6,635 nt of DNA, taken from NCBI GenBank assembly GCA_038858525.1, contig JAWCFL010000060.1:1-6635 (forward strand), written 5' to 3'. This document shows, in pieces, positions 5,693 to 6,635 of the stretch; the stretch's first letter is position 1, and the number at the start of each line of letters is the position of its first letter. Source of the stretch: Candidatus Jordarchaeales archaeon. GTDB lineage: Archaea; Asgardarchaeota; Jordiarchaeia; Jordiarchaeales; Freyrarchaeaceae. Under the pieces are notes generated by a model. The model was given only the letters and a program-made list of their open reading frames with translations, was not told the DNA's origin and did not search any database. The position numbers and the translations under genes were made by a program.

Positions 5693-6635
5693 TTGCTCAG
5701 GTCCCTTTTATCCCCTGCTGGAAGCGATGTTTTCACCGGGAGGCCGGATGAGGTACGTTTCTTTCAGCGCTTCATATCTGATGTTAAGGCTGGCGCTGAA
5801 ACTAGGAGGGCCGTTCTCGTTTCAGGCATTCCCGGAATAGGAAAATCCTCTCTTCTCAACAAGTTTAGAAGCATTGCCGATGTAGAGGGCATCGCTGTCA
5901 TACCTCTCAATGTATCTTTCTCTGAAGCACGTCTCTTCTTCGAAGAGGTGAAAAAACGCCTAGACTCTCTGGCTCCCGGAGCCCGTAAGAAGCTCATGGG
6001 GGAAAAGCCTTTTGTCGCACCTCCTCCTTTACCCAAGGAGGTTGACGCTGCCTTCGAGGAATCCTTCATGAAGCGCTTCATGGAGGACATGGATAAGATA
6101 GGGGACGCCTTGAGTAAGCCGGTCTTCTTCTTCTGTGACTCCTTTGAGCGCTTTGCTTGGCTTGGGTATAGCTCAGCCTACCCTATATTCCGGAAAGTTC
6201 TCTCCGCATTCTCAGAGAACGGCTTTCCGGTGTTCTTCGTGGTGGCAGCTGAAAAAAGCTTCGTAGGGGAAATCATGGGGGGTGCAGGCGAATTTTTCCA
6301 CGTAGTCAACCTTGAACCAATGCCGATGTCAGACATGCGAGTCCTGGTTCAGAGACTGTCAGAGAAGCTCGGCTTTAGGGTGGAGGAAAGAGTTGCGGAG
6401 GAAATGATAAAAGATTCGGGAGGAATCCCGCACAAGCTCTGTCTCCTCCTCTATTCTTCGCTCGTTGCCTCTGGCGGGGTAGAGATCACTTATGAGTCAT
6501 TTAAGAGGGCGGGTGAGCTCTTGCAGGAGAACCCGTTGGAAAGCGTCTTCCAAGTTTCAGGGGATGAAGCCTTCATGATAGACCGTATAATATCAGGAGA
6601 GTACAATTTTGCCTCTCTTGACACTCTCAAGTCCT
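5693..6635 (+). CDS. STAND-class / AAA_16-like P-loop NTPase (N-terminal 314 aa; runs off the right edge)
   Basis: Manual translation from TTG 5693 (SD GGGAGGT 5679-5685; in-frame TGA at 5666 bounds it): MLRSLLSPAGSDVFTGRPDEVRFF...AVLVSGIPGIGKSSLLNKF...VFFFCDSFE...VFFVVAAE...LEPMPMSDMRVLV...DSGGIPHKL..., open to the window end. It has the N-terminal FxGRxxE helix, Walker A GIPGIGKS (5825-5848), Walker B-like hhhhDxxE (6122-6148) and the GxP motif (6422-6430). Confidence 0.88.
   Translation, partial: MLRSLLSPAGSDVFTGRPDEVRFFQRFISDVKAGAETRRAVLVSGIPGIGKSSLLNKFRSIADVEGIAVIPLNVSFSEARLFFEEVKKRLDSLAPGARKKLMGEKPFVAPPPLPKEVDAAFEESFMKRFMEDMDKIGDALSKPVFFFCDSFERFAWLGYSSAYPIFRKVLSAFSENGFPVFFVVAAEKSFVGEIMGGAGEFFHVVNLEPMPMSDMRVLVQRLSEKLGFRVEERVAEEMIKDSGGIPHKLCLLLYSSLVASGGVEITYESFKRAGELLQENPLESVFQVSGDEAFMIDRIISGEYNFASLDTLKS

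Noticed and set aside
5607-6090. Track ORFs 5607-5840 (+) and 5764-6090 (-)
   Set aside because: Both overlap the STAND NTPase reading frame, which has the Walker and GxP motifs and a good SD; neither product is recognisable.
1-6635. CRISPR arrays, IS elements, integrases, rRNA/tRNA genes
   Set aside because: No regularly spaced repeats, terminal inverted repeats, transposase motifs or RNA-gene signatures were seen.

Overview
Archaeal-looking metabolic region (GGTGA/GGAGG Shine-Dalgarno motifs, BRE/TATA-like boxes, oligo-T terminators, several TTG starts) with five protein genes. Minus strand: an ArsB/NhaD (ion-transporter superfamily) permease (575-2182) followed by the 5' part of an acetolactate-synthase-family thiamine-diphosphate (ThDP) enzyme (<1-394). 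Plus strand, divergently transcribed: an iron-containing alcohol dehydrogenase (2431-3702) tightly linked to a tungsten-type aldehyde:ferredoxin oxidoreductase (3707-5539), then the N-terminal 314 codons of a STAND-like P-loop NTPase (5693->6635). The ThDP enzyme and the NTPase are absent from the supplied ORF track because they run off the window edges. The best candidate system is a divergon for import, ThDP-dependent aldehyde generation and aldehyde/alcohol/acid redox conversion. A second notable signal is a strong 5'-T-rich / 3'-T-poor polarity at third codon positions. No RNA genes, CRISPR arrays or mobile elements were seen. All family calls are from motif recognition by eye; no database searches were run.
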